63,977 bases of DNA, filler included, from an uncultured Myxococcia bacterium (GCA_964617105.1; 16 parts of 16 records of this genome joined end to end with filler, not necessarily neighbours in it), one strand, 5' to 3'. Shown: positions 34,539 through 45,153, counted from the first letter of the whole stretch. Notes: generated from the letters alone by a model not told the origin. Made by a program: numbers and translations.

Positions 34539-35470
34539 CAGTAAAGAAAATTAAAAATATGGCAATGTCGGTTAAACAGCGTCTGTTAAATATCGCGAAG
34601 CAGCAAAATGAGGAATTTCAATACATTCTAGAAAGATATGTTCTGGAAAGATTTCTTTTCCGGCTGAGCCAATCACAATTTTGCAACCAATTTATCCTTA
34701 AAGGTGCTGCTCTTTTTATTTTGTGGCTAGAAAATCCTCACAGAACAACCAGAGATATTGATCTGTTGGGTTATGGAGCGCCAGATCTTTTACATATCCA
34801 AGATATTGTCTCAAAAATAGGCCAAATAAAGGTAGATGATGATGGTTTGAATGTTGATATATCCAGCATCAAGGTTTCGGCAATTCGAGAAGAACAGATA
34901 TATGACGGCGTAAGATGCACACTAAATGTTTATCTTGACCGGGCAAAAATCAATCTCCAGATCGATATCGGTTTTGGAGATTCGATTACTCCCGAACCAG
35001 AATTGATAAAATACCCAACCCTTTTGAATAGTAATTCTGCTCCTGAACTATTGGCATATAGAAAAGAAACTGTCGTTGCTGAAAAATTTCAAGCCATGAT
35101 AGATTTGGGTATGGCCAACAGCCGCATGAAGGATTTCTTCGATATCTATTTTTTAGCAGGTCATTTCTATTTTCATGGCCCCTCTCTTGCAGTTGCAATA
35201 AATGACACATTTAATCGAAGACAAACAGTTCTTCCAGCTGCACTGCCAAAATCGATTACATCTGATTTTCCTACCAGTAGTCAGAAAAAACTTCAATGGA
35301 AGAGTTTTTTAACGAAGACTAATGTCAGCAAAGAGGTCTCCTTAAAAGAGGTAATTGAAGAGATAGATAGATTTTTAGCCCCATTATTAACGACACTTGC
35401 CCAGAAAGAACCCATTGTTTTGAACTGGGAACCAGAAAGAAAAAAGTGGATAAACGGTTATTGGTGCTGA
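34535..35470 (+). CDS. abiEii: AbiEii nucleotidyltransferase toxin
   Basis: FILKGAAL, RTTRDIDL, QIDIGFGD, ETVVAEKFQAM, NSRMKDFFD. Confidence 0.92.
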   Translation: MTVKKIKNMAMSVKQRLLNIAKQQNEEFQYILERYVLERFLFRLSQSQFCNQFILKGAALFILWLENPHRTTRDIDLLGYGAPDLLHIQDIVSKIGQIKVDDDGLNVDISSIKVSAIREEQIYDGVRCTLNVYLDRAKINLQIDIGFGDSITPEPELIKYPTLLNSNSAPELLAYRKETVVAEKFQAMIDLGMANSRMKDFFDIYFLAGHFYFHGPSLAVAINDTFNRRQTVLPAALPKSITSDFPTSSQKKLQWKSFLTKTNVSKEVSLKEVIEEIDRFLAPLLTTLAQKEPIVLNWEPERKKWINGYWC

Positions 35471-36233
35471 TGGCTTTTTGGGAAAGCCCTTTAATGAGCA
35501 AGAACTCTTCTCCATGATTAGAAACTTGCTATTACTCAAGCGAAGAGAGAAGGAGATAGAAGAGTTAAACCATCATCTCACCGATTCAGTATTGAAATGC
35601 TATATACCCCCATCTTTAATTGAAGAGATTTTAGCTGGTAAAGTGGACATCAATTACCTGGTCCGAGAAACGGAAGTAATAGTTCTCTTTTCCGATCTGT
35701 GCGGGTTTACAAAATTATCTGCCAAGATGGGGGCGGCTGGAATCTCTAATATATTGAACGATTATCTAAACGAAATGATCGAGATAATCTTTTGGTACAG
35801 TGGCATTATTGACAAATTTATTGGTGATGCCATTATGGTGATTTTTGGTGCGCCAATGGATTCATCTGGGCAGGAACAGACCCAGAAAGCAGTTGAGTGC
35901 AGTCTGGATATGCAAAAAGCAATGAAAGTATTGAATCAGAAATGGCAAAAAGAGAATATACCAGAATTCAATATGCGCATTGGATTGCATCACGGCCAAG
36001 CAGTAGTTGGTAACTTTGGCAATGTTAAACGATCCGATTACACCGCCATTGGTCCCACGGTAAATATGGCCTCCAGGATAGAGTCTGCTTGTGAGCCCGG
36101 ACGAGTTTATATCTCCGGGGAAGTGGCTGATTATCTGGAAGAAGATATGTTTGAAAAAGCGGGGGATTTTGAGTTGAAGGGGATCAAGGGGGAGGTGGCT
36201 TTGTATAAAATTGCTCAGGATGGGGTGGGGTAA
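35460..36233 (+). pseudogene. 5'-truncated receiver-adenylate/guanylate cyclase
   Basis: Begins mid-REC (IGADGFLGKPF) after an in-frame TAA at 35451. Cyclase motifs LFSDLCGFT, DKFIGDAIM, YTAIGPTVNMASR intact; paralogous to the C-terminus of 4135-7882. Confidence 0.8.
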
Positions 36234-37226
36234 TGGAGAGACGGGTTGGGTATATAATTGGCTAATAATAAATAAAATAGTTTATCAAGTAAAACAACGG
36301 ATAAAAGCGTTTTCTATGACAAATAAATCTATCATCACCAAAATACAAGAGGCATTAACTACTGACCAGGTATGTCGATTACTGGAAGCTCTGTGGGATC
36401 AGAAAAAAGTCAATGAAATCTTGCCCCAATTGGACAAAGATATTGCCACCACTATTTCCCGGATTATAAATCAAAGCCAAACCGCCACCGATGGGCATCT
36501 TTCAATAAGAGATAGCGACAGTGGCGATGACGATGATAGTGTTTCCGGTGGTGCTGGAACCGAAATTACTGCTGGCAATGCCCAAATGGTGATTTCTAAC
36601 CAAAAACGGGTGGAACAGTGGCTGACTCTGTGGCATCAATGGCAAATTATNNNNNNNNNNNNNNNNNNNNNNNNNNNNNNNNNNNNNNNNNNNNTTAATT
36701 AATTAANNNNNNNNNNNNNNNNNNNNNNNNNNNNNNNNNNNNNNNNNNNNGCCGCCACAGATCAGAGCTCCGCCGGATGATACGATGTTCACATATTACT
36801 GATTCGCAAAAAATTTCTCCACGCAAACGGGACGACAGGTGAACTGCGCCCGAAATCTGGCAATTTTACCAACATTTCCAATCAAATCGCGATTTCTACT
36901 TTTTTCCATCATTCAGATGTGATTTTTCAATTGAAATTTTTTCGCTGTAATGGCAAAATACTTTCATTATGTCGTTTGAATTTCCTATCCCCAGGAAGTC
37001 GATTTTAGCGACAAAAGTAAAACAGAAGAGATCTATCCCGACGATGACAACGACAAAGTGCCAAATTTTTGGGAGGAGTGCCAGGGATTCAAGAGTAAAG
37101 ACGCGGCGAGATATGCGATAGGCACGATAATACCGGCGACGGACAAACTGATCTGATCAATGGAAATAGCGTTTGCCAGCCATGATGATTATGGCGAATG
37201 GGGTCTAATCTTGTAATATAACGGTT

Positions 37227-38969
37227 TTACCCCACCTCATCACAGTAGAGCATCTCCCAGCCGTTAAACACAACCACTACCGTTTTTAAGGTGGCATCGC
37301 CAATCTGGGTCTGGATTTTTGGGTCGTCGCGATACTTTTCCAGTTGAGTTTGGGCATCTTTTATCGCTTGTTCCTGTTTTTGCTTTGTGTATTCACCACG
37401 ACTGAAGTACTTGAATTCGATGATATAGCCATAGGGCATATCCGGCCATTTGGCAAAAAAGGGCATCAGCAGGATATCTGTGTATCCCTTGTTTGCCTCG
37501 TGTTCCGAAGAGGTCAAAAAATGATAGGTGATGTTAAAATAGGCCAGGAAAAAAGTTTGAATCACTTTTTCACCTTCGATATAGTCTCTTACACTGGTCT
37601 GTTCTTCAATTTTGGCCGACAAATCTGCAAAAACCGGCTTAAATTCACCCTGATAAGCCATATCGGCTAGCAAATTACCAAATTCCATGGTATCAATCTT
37701 GAAAATACCGGTATCGCGATAAGCATCGCGCATATAACTGAACATCAACTTTTCGATGGTTATATTTGGAATGGTAAAATACTGCTTGCCGTATTTTTCT
37801 TTGTCATAACTTATCAAGCCAAAATAGTAGAGCAGGCTCAAAAAATTATCGGAATCGAGCAGACGACTGACCGGAAATCCGGTTTGCACATTAAAAGTAA
37901 CCTTACCGGTTTCGATAATATCTTTTAATTTACTAAAGTTACCGTTTAGTTGGTTGTCCAATTGAACCAGATGACGTAGTTTGCCATAATCGATCCGGAC
38001 ATTGTGGTCGATCATCTCTTTTGGGTATTTGCCATAAAGTATCAGGTAATTAATAAAATACAACACCATGTCGGAGTAGAACATGGTGGTATCAGAGTCT
38101 TCGGCAAACCGATAGTTATCGTACCACTTGCTCATTAGTTCAAAAGTTTCCTCGATAGACTGGTCAAACCGATTATATCTCTTCTGGTAGTACTGTAACA
38201 TTTCCAGAACCTCTGTTTGACTAAATCCAACCATTCCATTTATGCCGGGATGCAAACTTATCATAGTGCCGATATTAAACCCGCTGGTAACATCATCCAT
38301 GGTAACCGGCGATACCCCGGTTACATAGATACGCGACAAACCATAGGCGGAAGAACCTACTGCACTTTTAAAAACATTGAAAAAATGGCGGTAAAATCCC
38401 TCTCCATGAGTGATCTTGTGATATTTATCTTCACCTACTGTGGTCAAAATAGTGTTGGTGAAATTGTCGTATTCATCGATTATCAGGTAGATAGAGAGAT
38501 TTTCTTTTTGGGTTAACTCTGAAAGTAGGTCTAATTTTTTGACAACATTGTTGGTTTTATCGATAACTTCCAATTCAACCTTATCTTTAAAAAGATGCCG
38601 ATATCGGCCAATAAACGAATGTATCCTTACTTCTATGTGATCGTTAAACGACTCCTCTACATAACGAATATCGGGATTGACTGCGGCAAAATCAAACCGC
38701 AATACCAAAAAACTGTTTTTGAGTTCGGTGGGGTTATCTTTGATCCAGAGCCCATCAAAAGTGGTATCAAATTCATCTTTTTGGTTGATATCATAGTACT
38801 GTTCCAGGACGGAAGCCCAAAGCGATTTGCCAAACCGGCGCGGACGGATCAAAAACAGAAATCTACCGATATCCTCGAGCACCGGTATATGCTCAGTCTT
38901 ATCGACATAATAATAGTTATCATTGAGCAGGGTAGAAAAATCTGCAATACCATAAGGGATTTTTTTCAT
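37227..38969 (-). CDS. AAA-ATPase-like protein with C-terminal PD-(D/E)xK nuclease domain
   Basis: MKKIPYGIADF, YYVDKT, RPRRFGKS, IIDEYDNF, TGVSP, GYTDI..IIEFKY. Confidence 0.92.
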   Translation of the reverse strand: MKKIPYGIADFSTLLNDNYYYVDKTEHIPVLEDIGRFLFLIRPRRFGKSLWASVLEQYYDINQKDEFDTTFDGLWIKDNPTELKNSFLVLRFDFAAVNPDIRYVEESFNDHIEVRIHSFIGRYRHLFKDKVELEVIDKTNNVVKKLDLLSELTQKENLSIYLIIDEYDNFTNTILTTVGEDKYHKITHGEGFYRHFFNVFKSAVGSSAYGLSRIYVTGVSPVTMDDVTSGFNIGTMISLHPGINGMVGFSQTEVLEMLQYYQKRYNRFDQSIEETFELMSKWYDNYRFAEDSDTTMFYSDMVLYFINYLILYGKYPKEMIDHNVRIDYGKLRHLVQLDNQLNGNFSKLKDIIETGKVTFNVQTGFPVSRLLDSDNFLSLLYYFGLISYDKEKYGKQYFTIPNITIEKLMFSYMRDAYRDTGIFKIDTMEFGNLLADMAYQGEFKPVFADLSAKIEEQTSVRDYIEGEKVIQTFFLAYFNITYHFLTSSEHEANKGYTDILLMPFFAKWPDMPYGYIIEFKYFSRGEYTKQKQEQAIKDAQTQLEKYRDDPKIQTQIGDATLKTVVVVFNGWEMLYCDEVG

Positions 38970-39049
38970 ATCTTTGGGAAATAGTCTCATAGGTAACCTC
39001 CACATTTAATGTACGATAAAGTGAGGTTGTTTTCAAGGAGATTTCAAAA

Positions 39050-39709
39050 CTATTCCCAAACAGTGAACTCTACCCGACGGTTTTTTGCCCGACCCCCGGC
39101 AGTGCTGTTATCGGCTATCGGTTTGTCAAAGGCAAATCCTTTCATCCTGATTCGTGAGCGCCTAATCCCCTTCTTGAGTAGATAGTGCCTCACTGCTTTG
39201 GTCCGTCTCAGAGATATACGAATGTTGACCAACTTCGAGCCTATATTGTCGGAATGGCCTTCCAGCATAACCTTTAGTTTCTTATTTGTCTTAAGTAATT
39301 TTATCAGTTTTTCGATATTATTAATCGACAATGGTGATATTTTTGTCTTGTTGAAATCAAAATAGATGATCTTTTTGATCTCTTTTTTCTCAGGCTTAAT
39401 CACCACCTTTGCCTTATCGGGACAACCATCTTCGTCCTCAAATCCATTTTTTGTTTCCGGCTTCAATGGGCACTTATCTTTGGCATCTTCAATTCCATCC
39501 TGGTCATTATCTGTCTCAGGACAACCATCCTCATCTTCGAATTCATCTTTGTCTTCCGGTTTTTCGGGACACTTATCCTTATCATCGAATACTCCGTCTT
39601 TATCCTTATCGATAACATCTGGGCAACCATCTTGATCCTCAAAACCATTTTGGACCTCTGCATCTTTAGGACACCTGTCTTGCCTATCGAAAATACCATC
39701 ATTATCTAT
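39050..39709 (-). pseudogene. 5'-truncated OmpA-family protein with thrombospondin type-3-like repeats
   Basis: DxDGxxDxxDKCP..EDEDGCP repeats; IYFDFNK, EGHSD, LSxRR-like ISLRRT, GRAKNRRVEF. No signal peptide or barrel. Confidence 0.8.
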
Positions 39710-39711
39710 AT

Positions 39712-40491
39712 AACAGGCAGGAACGAATGAATGCTTTTGCCATGGTGCGCGAAGGGCTGGCATTTTTAGAGCGGACAATGCCTTTGGGGGCGCGTTTTCC
39801 AGAAGGGAGAATATTCAGAGAAGATCATTTTCCTGTGCCAGTTGATGCTTTGAGGGAAACACTTTTAAATGCCGTTATGCACCGTGATTACTCAAGTTAC
39901 TCCGGTTATATCGCTATTGTTATTTTTGATGACCGAATTGAGATTCAGAGTTATGGCCTGCTCCCACATGGAATAACTTTACAGCAACTTTCTGAACCAC
40001 ATTTATCGAAACTTAGAAATCCATTGATAGCCGAAGCCTTTCACCGTACAGGGGCTGTGGAGATTTGGGGAAGGGGAACCAATCGAGTGATCGATACTTG
40101 TAAACGCTATGGAATGGCCCCACCAAAATTCGAGGAACGCCAGGGATTTTTGGTTGTTACTTTTAAAGCAAAGATGGCAGATTTTGAGGAAAAACCACCG
40201 GTATTAGCAGTCCAGCCAGAGTCACAGCCAGAGTCGCGGCCAGAGTCACAGCCAGAGTCACTGGAGTTTCGATTGATGACTATTCTTGTAGATGGTCCTA
40301 TGGGCAAGTCTGAGATATCTTCCCGGTTGGGTCAGAAAGAGGTGTCAGGACAACTTAATAAAGTCATTCGTGAACTTATTAATCGAAAATATCTGGAATA
40401 CACTATTCCTGATAAACCGAACAGCAGGTTACAAAAATACCGTTTAACCTCGGATGGCAGGGAAGCCATAAATGCTGGTGATTTACCTTAA
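39712..40491 (+). pseudogene. C-terminal half of an AlbA/Schlafen-HATPase_c_4-wHTH type protein
   Basis: ALRETLLNAVMHRDY, DDRIEIQSYG, RNPLIAEAF, EIWGRG, YTIPDKPNSRLQKYRLT; N-terminal domain absent. Confidence 0.8.
40213..40260 (+). repeat. 12-bp x4 coding tandem repeat (QPES)
   Basis: CAGCCAGAGTCA units encoding QPESQPESRPESQPES. Confidence 0.9.
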
Positions 40492-40583
40492 GGCGATGTT
40501 TTTGTTCAGATTTTCTCCCCCGTTGGTCACCGGTTGGTCAGCGATTTTTAACTCTTTGAAATCACGGGCAAAAACCCCCTAGA

Positions 40584-40638
40584 GTGCCGGTTCAAGTCCG
40601 GCCTTTCCCTAAAGGGATGACCTGCGGCCTCGGCACCA
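40584..40638 (+). other. tRNA 3' fragment (Leu-like; att-site type) interrupted by a ~25-nt insertion
   Basis: T-arm GCCGG-TTCAAGT-CCGGC and acceptor end CTCGGCACCA separated by TTTCCCTAAAGGGATGACCTGCGGC; no 5' tRNA half upstream. Confidence 0.7.
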
Positions 40639-40765
40639 ATTCTTTCTAGTAATATCAAATACTTANNNNNNNNNNNNNNNNNNNNNNNNNNNNNNNNNNN
40701 NNNNNNNNNTTAATTAATTAANNNNNNNNNNNNNNNNNNNNNNNNNNNNNNNNNNNNNNNNNNNN

Positions 40766-41762
40766 AGCGGTGGAATCATCAGTGGGCACCATGATTTCAG
40801 CGGAAACCAAAGTTCAAAACTATCAGGTGCTTTCTGATAAAATTTATACTCAGGCCAAGGGATATATAAAAAAATACAGTGTACTCACTGAAAAGGTGGA
40901 GGAGGGTATTATTACCGTAAAAATTCAGGCTTTGGTCAAAAAAACCTTTCTGGAAAAGGATGTTATGGCCATCCAGGGTTTGATTGCCAGGAAAGGTAAA
41001 CCACGGCTGCTGGTAATGCTGGCTGAGCAAAATGTAGGGCAGGGAGGGTACAGTTATTGGTGGGGCAGCGGTGGTTCTGGAGATATTAGAATTGCCGAAA
41101 ATACTCTTATCGGCTTTTTTCGCGATAAGGGATTCACCTTTGTGGATTATCAGGTTTTGGGAGCCCAGAAAAAAATTGGCAAGCAGACCAATGTTTCCAA
41201 TAAGGATGTTATGGACCTGGCATCAAAAACCGAGGCCGAAGTAGTATTAATCGGAAAAGCCTCTGCCAGGGATGCCGGCAGTGTTATGGGAACTTCCATG
41301 CACAGCGGCCAGGCTAACATCTCGGTCAGGGCATTAAATACTGACAATGGGGAAATAATTGCCACGGCCAGTTCTCATGGTTCCAGTGTTCATGTAGATC
41401 CCACCACCGCCGGTACTAATGCGCTAAAGGTCACCACCGAAAAATTGTCAGCCAAATTGATGAAAAAGATTCTGGCTCAATGGCAAAAAGATACCAGTGG
41501 ATTTGCCAATATCAGATTTAAAGTGTCTGGTCTAAAAAATTATAAACAACTGGCCGATTTAAAGATGATTCTGCAGCACCAGGTCAGGGGCGTAAGGGGT
41601 GTCCACGAACGGAGAATGTCCGGCAAAACTGCTGTTTTGGATTTAGAGTTAAGTTCCACTACCCAGGCCTTTGCGGCTGAGTTATCAGGTAAAAAAATTC
41701 CTAAATTTTCAATCGAAATAAGCAAAGTGCTGCCTAACCAGGTGGATATAGAACTAAAATAG
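40766..41762 (+). CDS. FlgT-N/CsgG-like periplasmic protein (5' partial)
   Basis: AVESSVGTMISAETKVQNY..DKIYTQAKGYIKKY; KPRLLVM; AEVVLIGKA; RALNTDNGEIIA. Confidence 0.6.
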
Positions 41763-41819
41763 AAGGAGACGAACTTTTCTATTAAACGTCTTTATTTTTA
41801 ACTGATAGGGAGTATTCCA

Positions 41820-42569
41820 GTGAGTAGAAATAAACTAATTTTAGCGGTTACGGTTATAATGACAGTCTTAATTTTTTCTGTAAGTTATATCCAGGCCAAG
41901 AAAAATACCTCTGTACCCAGTGCCAGCGTAACTTTTGTTTCCGGAAAGGTTTATCGTTCTAAGATAAAGAAGGGACCCTGGAAAAAGTTGTATGCAAAAA
42001 GCGTAGTTCGGCGAAACGAATATATCAAAACCGGAAAAGAATCCCGTTTGGAGATAACCTTAAAAGATAAGAGTCTGTTACGGATTAGTTCCGACTCAAT
42101 GATCAAATTGACCCAAATGTATATTCCCAACAATGAGATTAAAAGTGCCAAAAAAGTAGGAGTTAAAATATTTATCGGCAAACTTTGGTCAAAGGTCAAA
42201 AGCATGAGCAATAAAAAGTCGAAATTTCAAATTACCACAGAAAATGCGGTGGCTGGGGTGAGAGGAACCACGTTCCGAGTGGATGTAAATAAAGACAACT
42301 CTGGTTTGGTAAAGGTGTATACGGGTGCTGTGGCGGTTTCCAACTCTCCGGTTTATGCCCGTAAGCATAAAAAAGGAAAACGGGTGCAAGTCTCTGGTCC
42401 ACAAATGGTTACCAAGAAAAAGTGGGAAGAATTTGTGGCCAAAGAGATGCAGATGATCCAGTTTTCCGCTACCGGTGAATTATCCAAACCCACCGCTTTT
42501 GCCAAGGCTGATGATTTGGATGATTGGGTAAAATGGAACCTTGAGAGAGACAAAAATGGGAAACACTAA
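41820..42569 (+). CDS. FecR-domain secreted protein
   Basis: Signal peptide; IKTGKESRLEI, GKLWSKV, TENAVAGVRGTTFRV, VYTGAVAV. Confidence 0.85.
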   Translation: MSRNKLILAVTVIMTVLIFSVSYIQAKKNTSVPSASVTFVSGKVYRSKIKKGPWKKLYAKSVVRRNEYIKTGKESRLEITLKDKSLLRISSDSMIKLTQMYIPNNEIKSAKKVGVKIFIGKLWSKVKSMSNKKSKFQITTENAVAGVRGTTFRVDVNKDNSGLVKVYTGAVAVSNSPVYARKHKKGKRVQVSGPQMVTKKKWEEFVAKEMQMIQFSATGELSKPTAFAKADDLDDWVKWNLERDKNGKH

Positions 42570-43377
42570 ATTCCATTATAAACTTGAGGATGATGCAATC
42601 TTGTTTATAGGCGCTATAGATCAGTTTGCCGATTTTACTCATATTAGTTCTCTGCTGAAAACCTTTAAGGGAATATGCTTTTTAGACTTAAAAGATGTTT
42701 CCATGGTAAATTCTTTTGGCATCCGGTCCTGGGTTAATTTTGTTCACTCGTTAGAAAAGTCGGTGGTTATAAAAAATTGTGCAGTAATATTGGTTGAACA
42801 ATTTGCTATGGTACCGGAAACAATCAGCGATAATATTTTTATAGCATCCCTTTTTGCCGAGTACTCGTGTGCTGTTTGCATGAAAGAATTTGGGATAAAA
42901 TTTAATATTGACAAAAAGTTTGAAGAGCAACTCAAAATGGGACTTCCAGAGGTAATTTGTAAGGACTGTAATGAGATTGCTGAATTTTTAGGTGATGATG
43001 ACTATTTCCATTTTTTAACTACCCTTAAGATAAGAGGTGAGGATTCCTTGTCTATTGCGTCCCGTCAAGAACGCAAGCCTTTTCAATGCGCTATAAAAAT
43101 AATGGATTTAAACTCTCAGAAATTATTGGATGAGGGAAAAAGCCGCGACTTGAGCATTGGCGGGATGTGTATCAAGGTGTCCAAACCAATCTCTACCAGT
43201 ACTCAAATTATTATTCAGTTTACCTTTCCCAATTCAGAGACGACATTTCGAACTTTTGCCATAATTAAATGGCTAAAATCAGATCAAAAGAGACACCTGG
43301 TGGGGGTCAAGTTCACTAATCCGGACCGGAGTTTGACCCATGCTATTAGAAAATATATCAATGACTTCTATTCGTGA
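42556..43377 (+). CDS. STAS-like/zinc-ribbon protein with C-terminal PilZ domain
   Basis: GAIDQFADF..VNSFGIRSW; CAVC and CKDC; PilZ RQERK and DLSIGGM. Confidence 0.75.
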   Translation: MGNTKFHYKLEDDAILFIGAIDQFADFTHISSLLKTFKGICFLDLKDVSMVNSFGIRSWVNFVHSLEKSVVIKNCAVILVEQFAMVPETISDNIFIASLFAEYSCAVCMKEFGIKFNIDKKFEEQLKMGLPEVICKDCNEIAEFLGDDDYFHFLTTLKIRGEDSLSIASRQERKPFQCAIKIMDLNSQKLLDEGKSRDLSIGGMCIKVSKPISTSTQIIIQFTFPNSETTFRTFAIIKWLKSDQKRHLVGVKFTNPDRSLTHAIRKYINDFYS

Positions 43378-44670
43378 CGGGCAGGGCTTTTCTGGCCTCT
43401 TTTCTTTAATTTTTTAATCTGTAAATTTTTCTCGGCGATTTGTTCATGTAGCATGGTTACCTCTTTGCGCCGTTCCTTCATTTCCATGGCTAAATTTTCC
43501 CGGGCTACCCGGGTGAACTTTATAGCGATTCCATGGCGCCGGGTTATGGTAATAAGAAGTACAAAAGCCATTAGGGTAAAGCCGATTTGGGCGCTATTGG
43601 AAAAGTAAAACAGTTGTTGGGAAGCCATTGATTCTGCTACAATACCTGCGAATAAAAAAGTAAAACCCAAAAGTAAAACTTTGCTGTCCGGAAAACGGAA
43701 TCTAATTGCTTTGAAGCAGATCATCATTGTCCTGATATAAAAGAAGCAGATCAATAACAGCAAAATAAAGAGGTATTCACTGATAATACAAACATCCCAC
43801 AGCAACCATTGAAAAGCCAACCATACCAGGCCCAGGACATAAAGTAATTGATCAACCATTTTGACCGGGATATTGAGGAATTTTTCCGCCATGGAAATTT
43901 GGCACATGGGGATAATTATTAGAGTGGTATACAAGAGTTCATAGTTTAGGGTATAGGGGATGCCGCCCGAATAAAATTCATCTACTAAATACCCCCGGGT
44001 AATAGTAAAGATGGCAGTCATAAGGCACATCACTCCCAGAGGAAAAAATTCTTCTTGACGGGGGCTGAAGTAGAGGAGCAAAAAACTGTAGCAACAAAAA
44101 AACAAAGAGAGAATGGTGGTGCCAATTAATATTCCTCGCTCAATTAAATGTTTTTTATACAAGTGTGATATTTTTCCTATTTCGATAGGATAGTGAATAC
44201 CCCCTGAAGAATAGTTGAAATTTGAAGCCACTATCTCCAGAATGTGCTCTCCTGGAGTGAGGTTGCCGATTTCCCATAATTTATGGGAAACTTTGGCCAA
44301 TTCTTGATTTCTCCAGGCACTGGGATACCCCTGTTGACCAAGCAGTTTTCCATCTAGAGATATTTGGTAGGCAGAAGATATGTAACGGATACGCAAGGCC
44401 AATTGTTCTTCAATAGTTCCGGTTTGAATTATTAGCCGGTAGATGGCGAGTCCTTTACGATCAAAACCGGCACTACGCCATTTTTTGGGGACTTGAATAA
44501 AATTCCACTCAGGGGGCTTAATCTTTTTTTTCAGGTGGTGCCGCCAAAGAGGAGGACGAAATTTCCAAGTGCCGGACAACTCTATAGAACCATGACGGGC
44601 TGGACTCCATTGCTGCAAGTTTATGATGCCTTTGGTGAGGCTGCTGAGGCTGTGTATGAAGAGACAAGAC
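43368..44670 (-). CDS. 7TM-DISM receptor (5' partial) without a cytoplasmic output domain
   Basis: ELSGTWKF, VPKKW, SSAY, SNFNYSSGGI, about seven TM segments, then a short coiled tail and stop. Confidence 0.75.
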
Positions 44671-44798
44671 NNNNNNNNNNNNNNNNNNNNNNNNNNNNNN
44701 NNNNNNNNNNNNNNTTAATTAATTAANNNNNNNNNNNNNNNNNNNNNNNNNNNNNNNNNNNNNNNNNNNNAATATGTGAATGTGAATGTGTTCCGATT

Positions 44799-45104
44799 TT
44801 ATGACCCATATCTAATAATTTTTTCGCCACAAATACCCTTTATCCCTAACACAGAAATTCCACAATGGGAGGCAGGATATCGATTTTCTCCCCCAAATAT
44901 TGCTGAAAGTTTGGTATATGATTCCCGGCCAAATTGCCCCATTGCGCCAATGTGGGCAAAACCGCCGGCATTTTGTCTCGAATTCCGGTTGATAGCAAAT
45001 TTATCATCAACTTGTTTTGATAACTCTATCGCCGTTTCCATCTCTTTTACAGATATTTTTTTATCTTCCTGTAGTGGTAATAGTTTCACTTTGACTCTTG
45101 TCAT
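44799..45104 (-). CDS. Putative RiPP precursor B (101 aa)
   Basis: Leader resembles precursor A (MxR[IV]K[IV]..EMxxA[LI]); NRYPASHCGISVLG matches A's NGYPQGNCGISIFG; AGGAG upstream. Confidence 0.7.
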   Translation of the reverse strand: MTRVKVKLLPLQEDKKISVKEMETAIELSKQVDDKFAINRNSRQNAGGFAHIGAMGQFGRESYTKLSAIFGGENRYPASHCGISVLGIKGICGEKIIRYGS

Positions 45105-45153
45105 TATAATACATTGCTCCTTTTCTCCACTGCCCTTATGGTCTTATTGATCT

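Noticed and set aside
40584-40638. Functional tRNA gene
   Set aside because: Only the T-arm and 3' acceptor strand are present, and they are interrupted.
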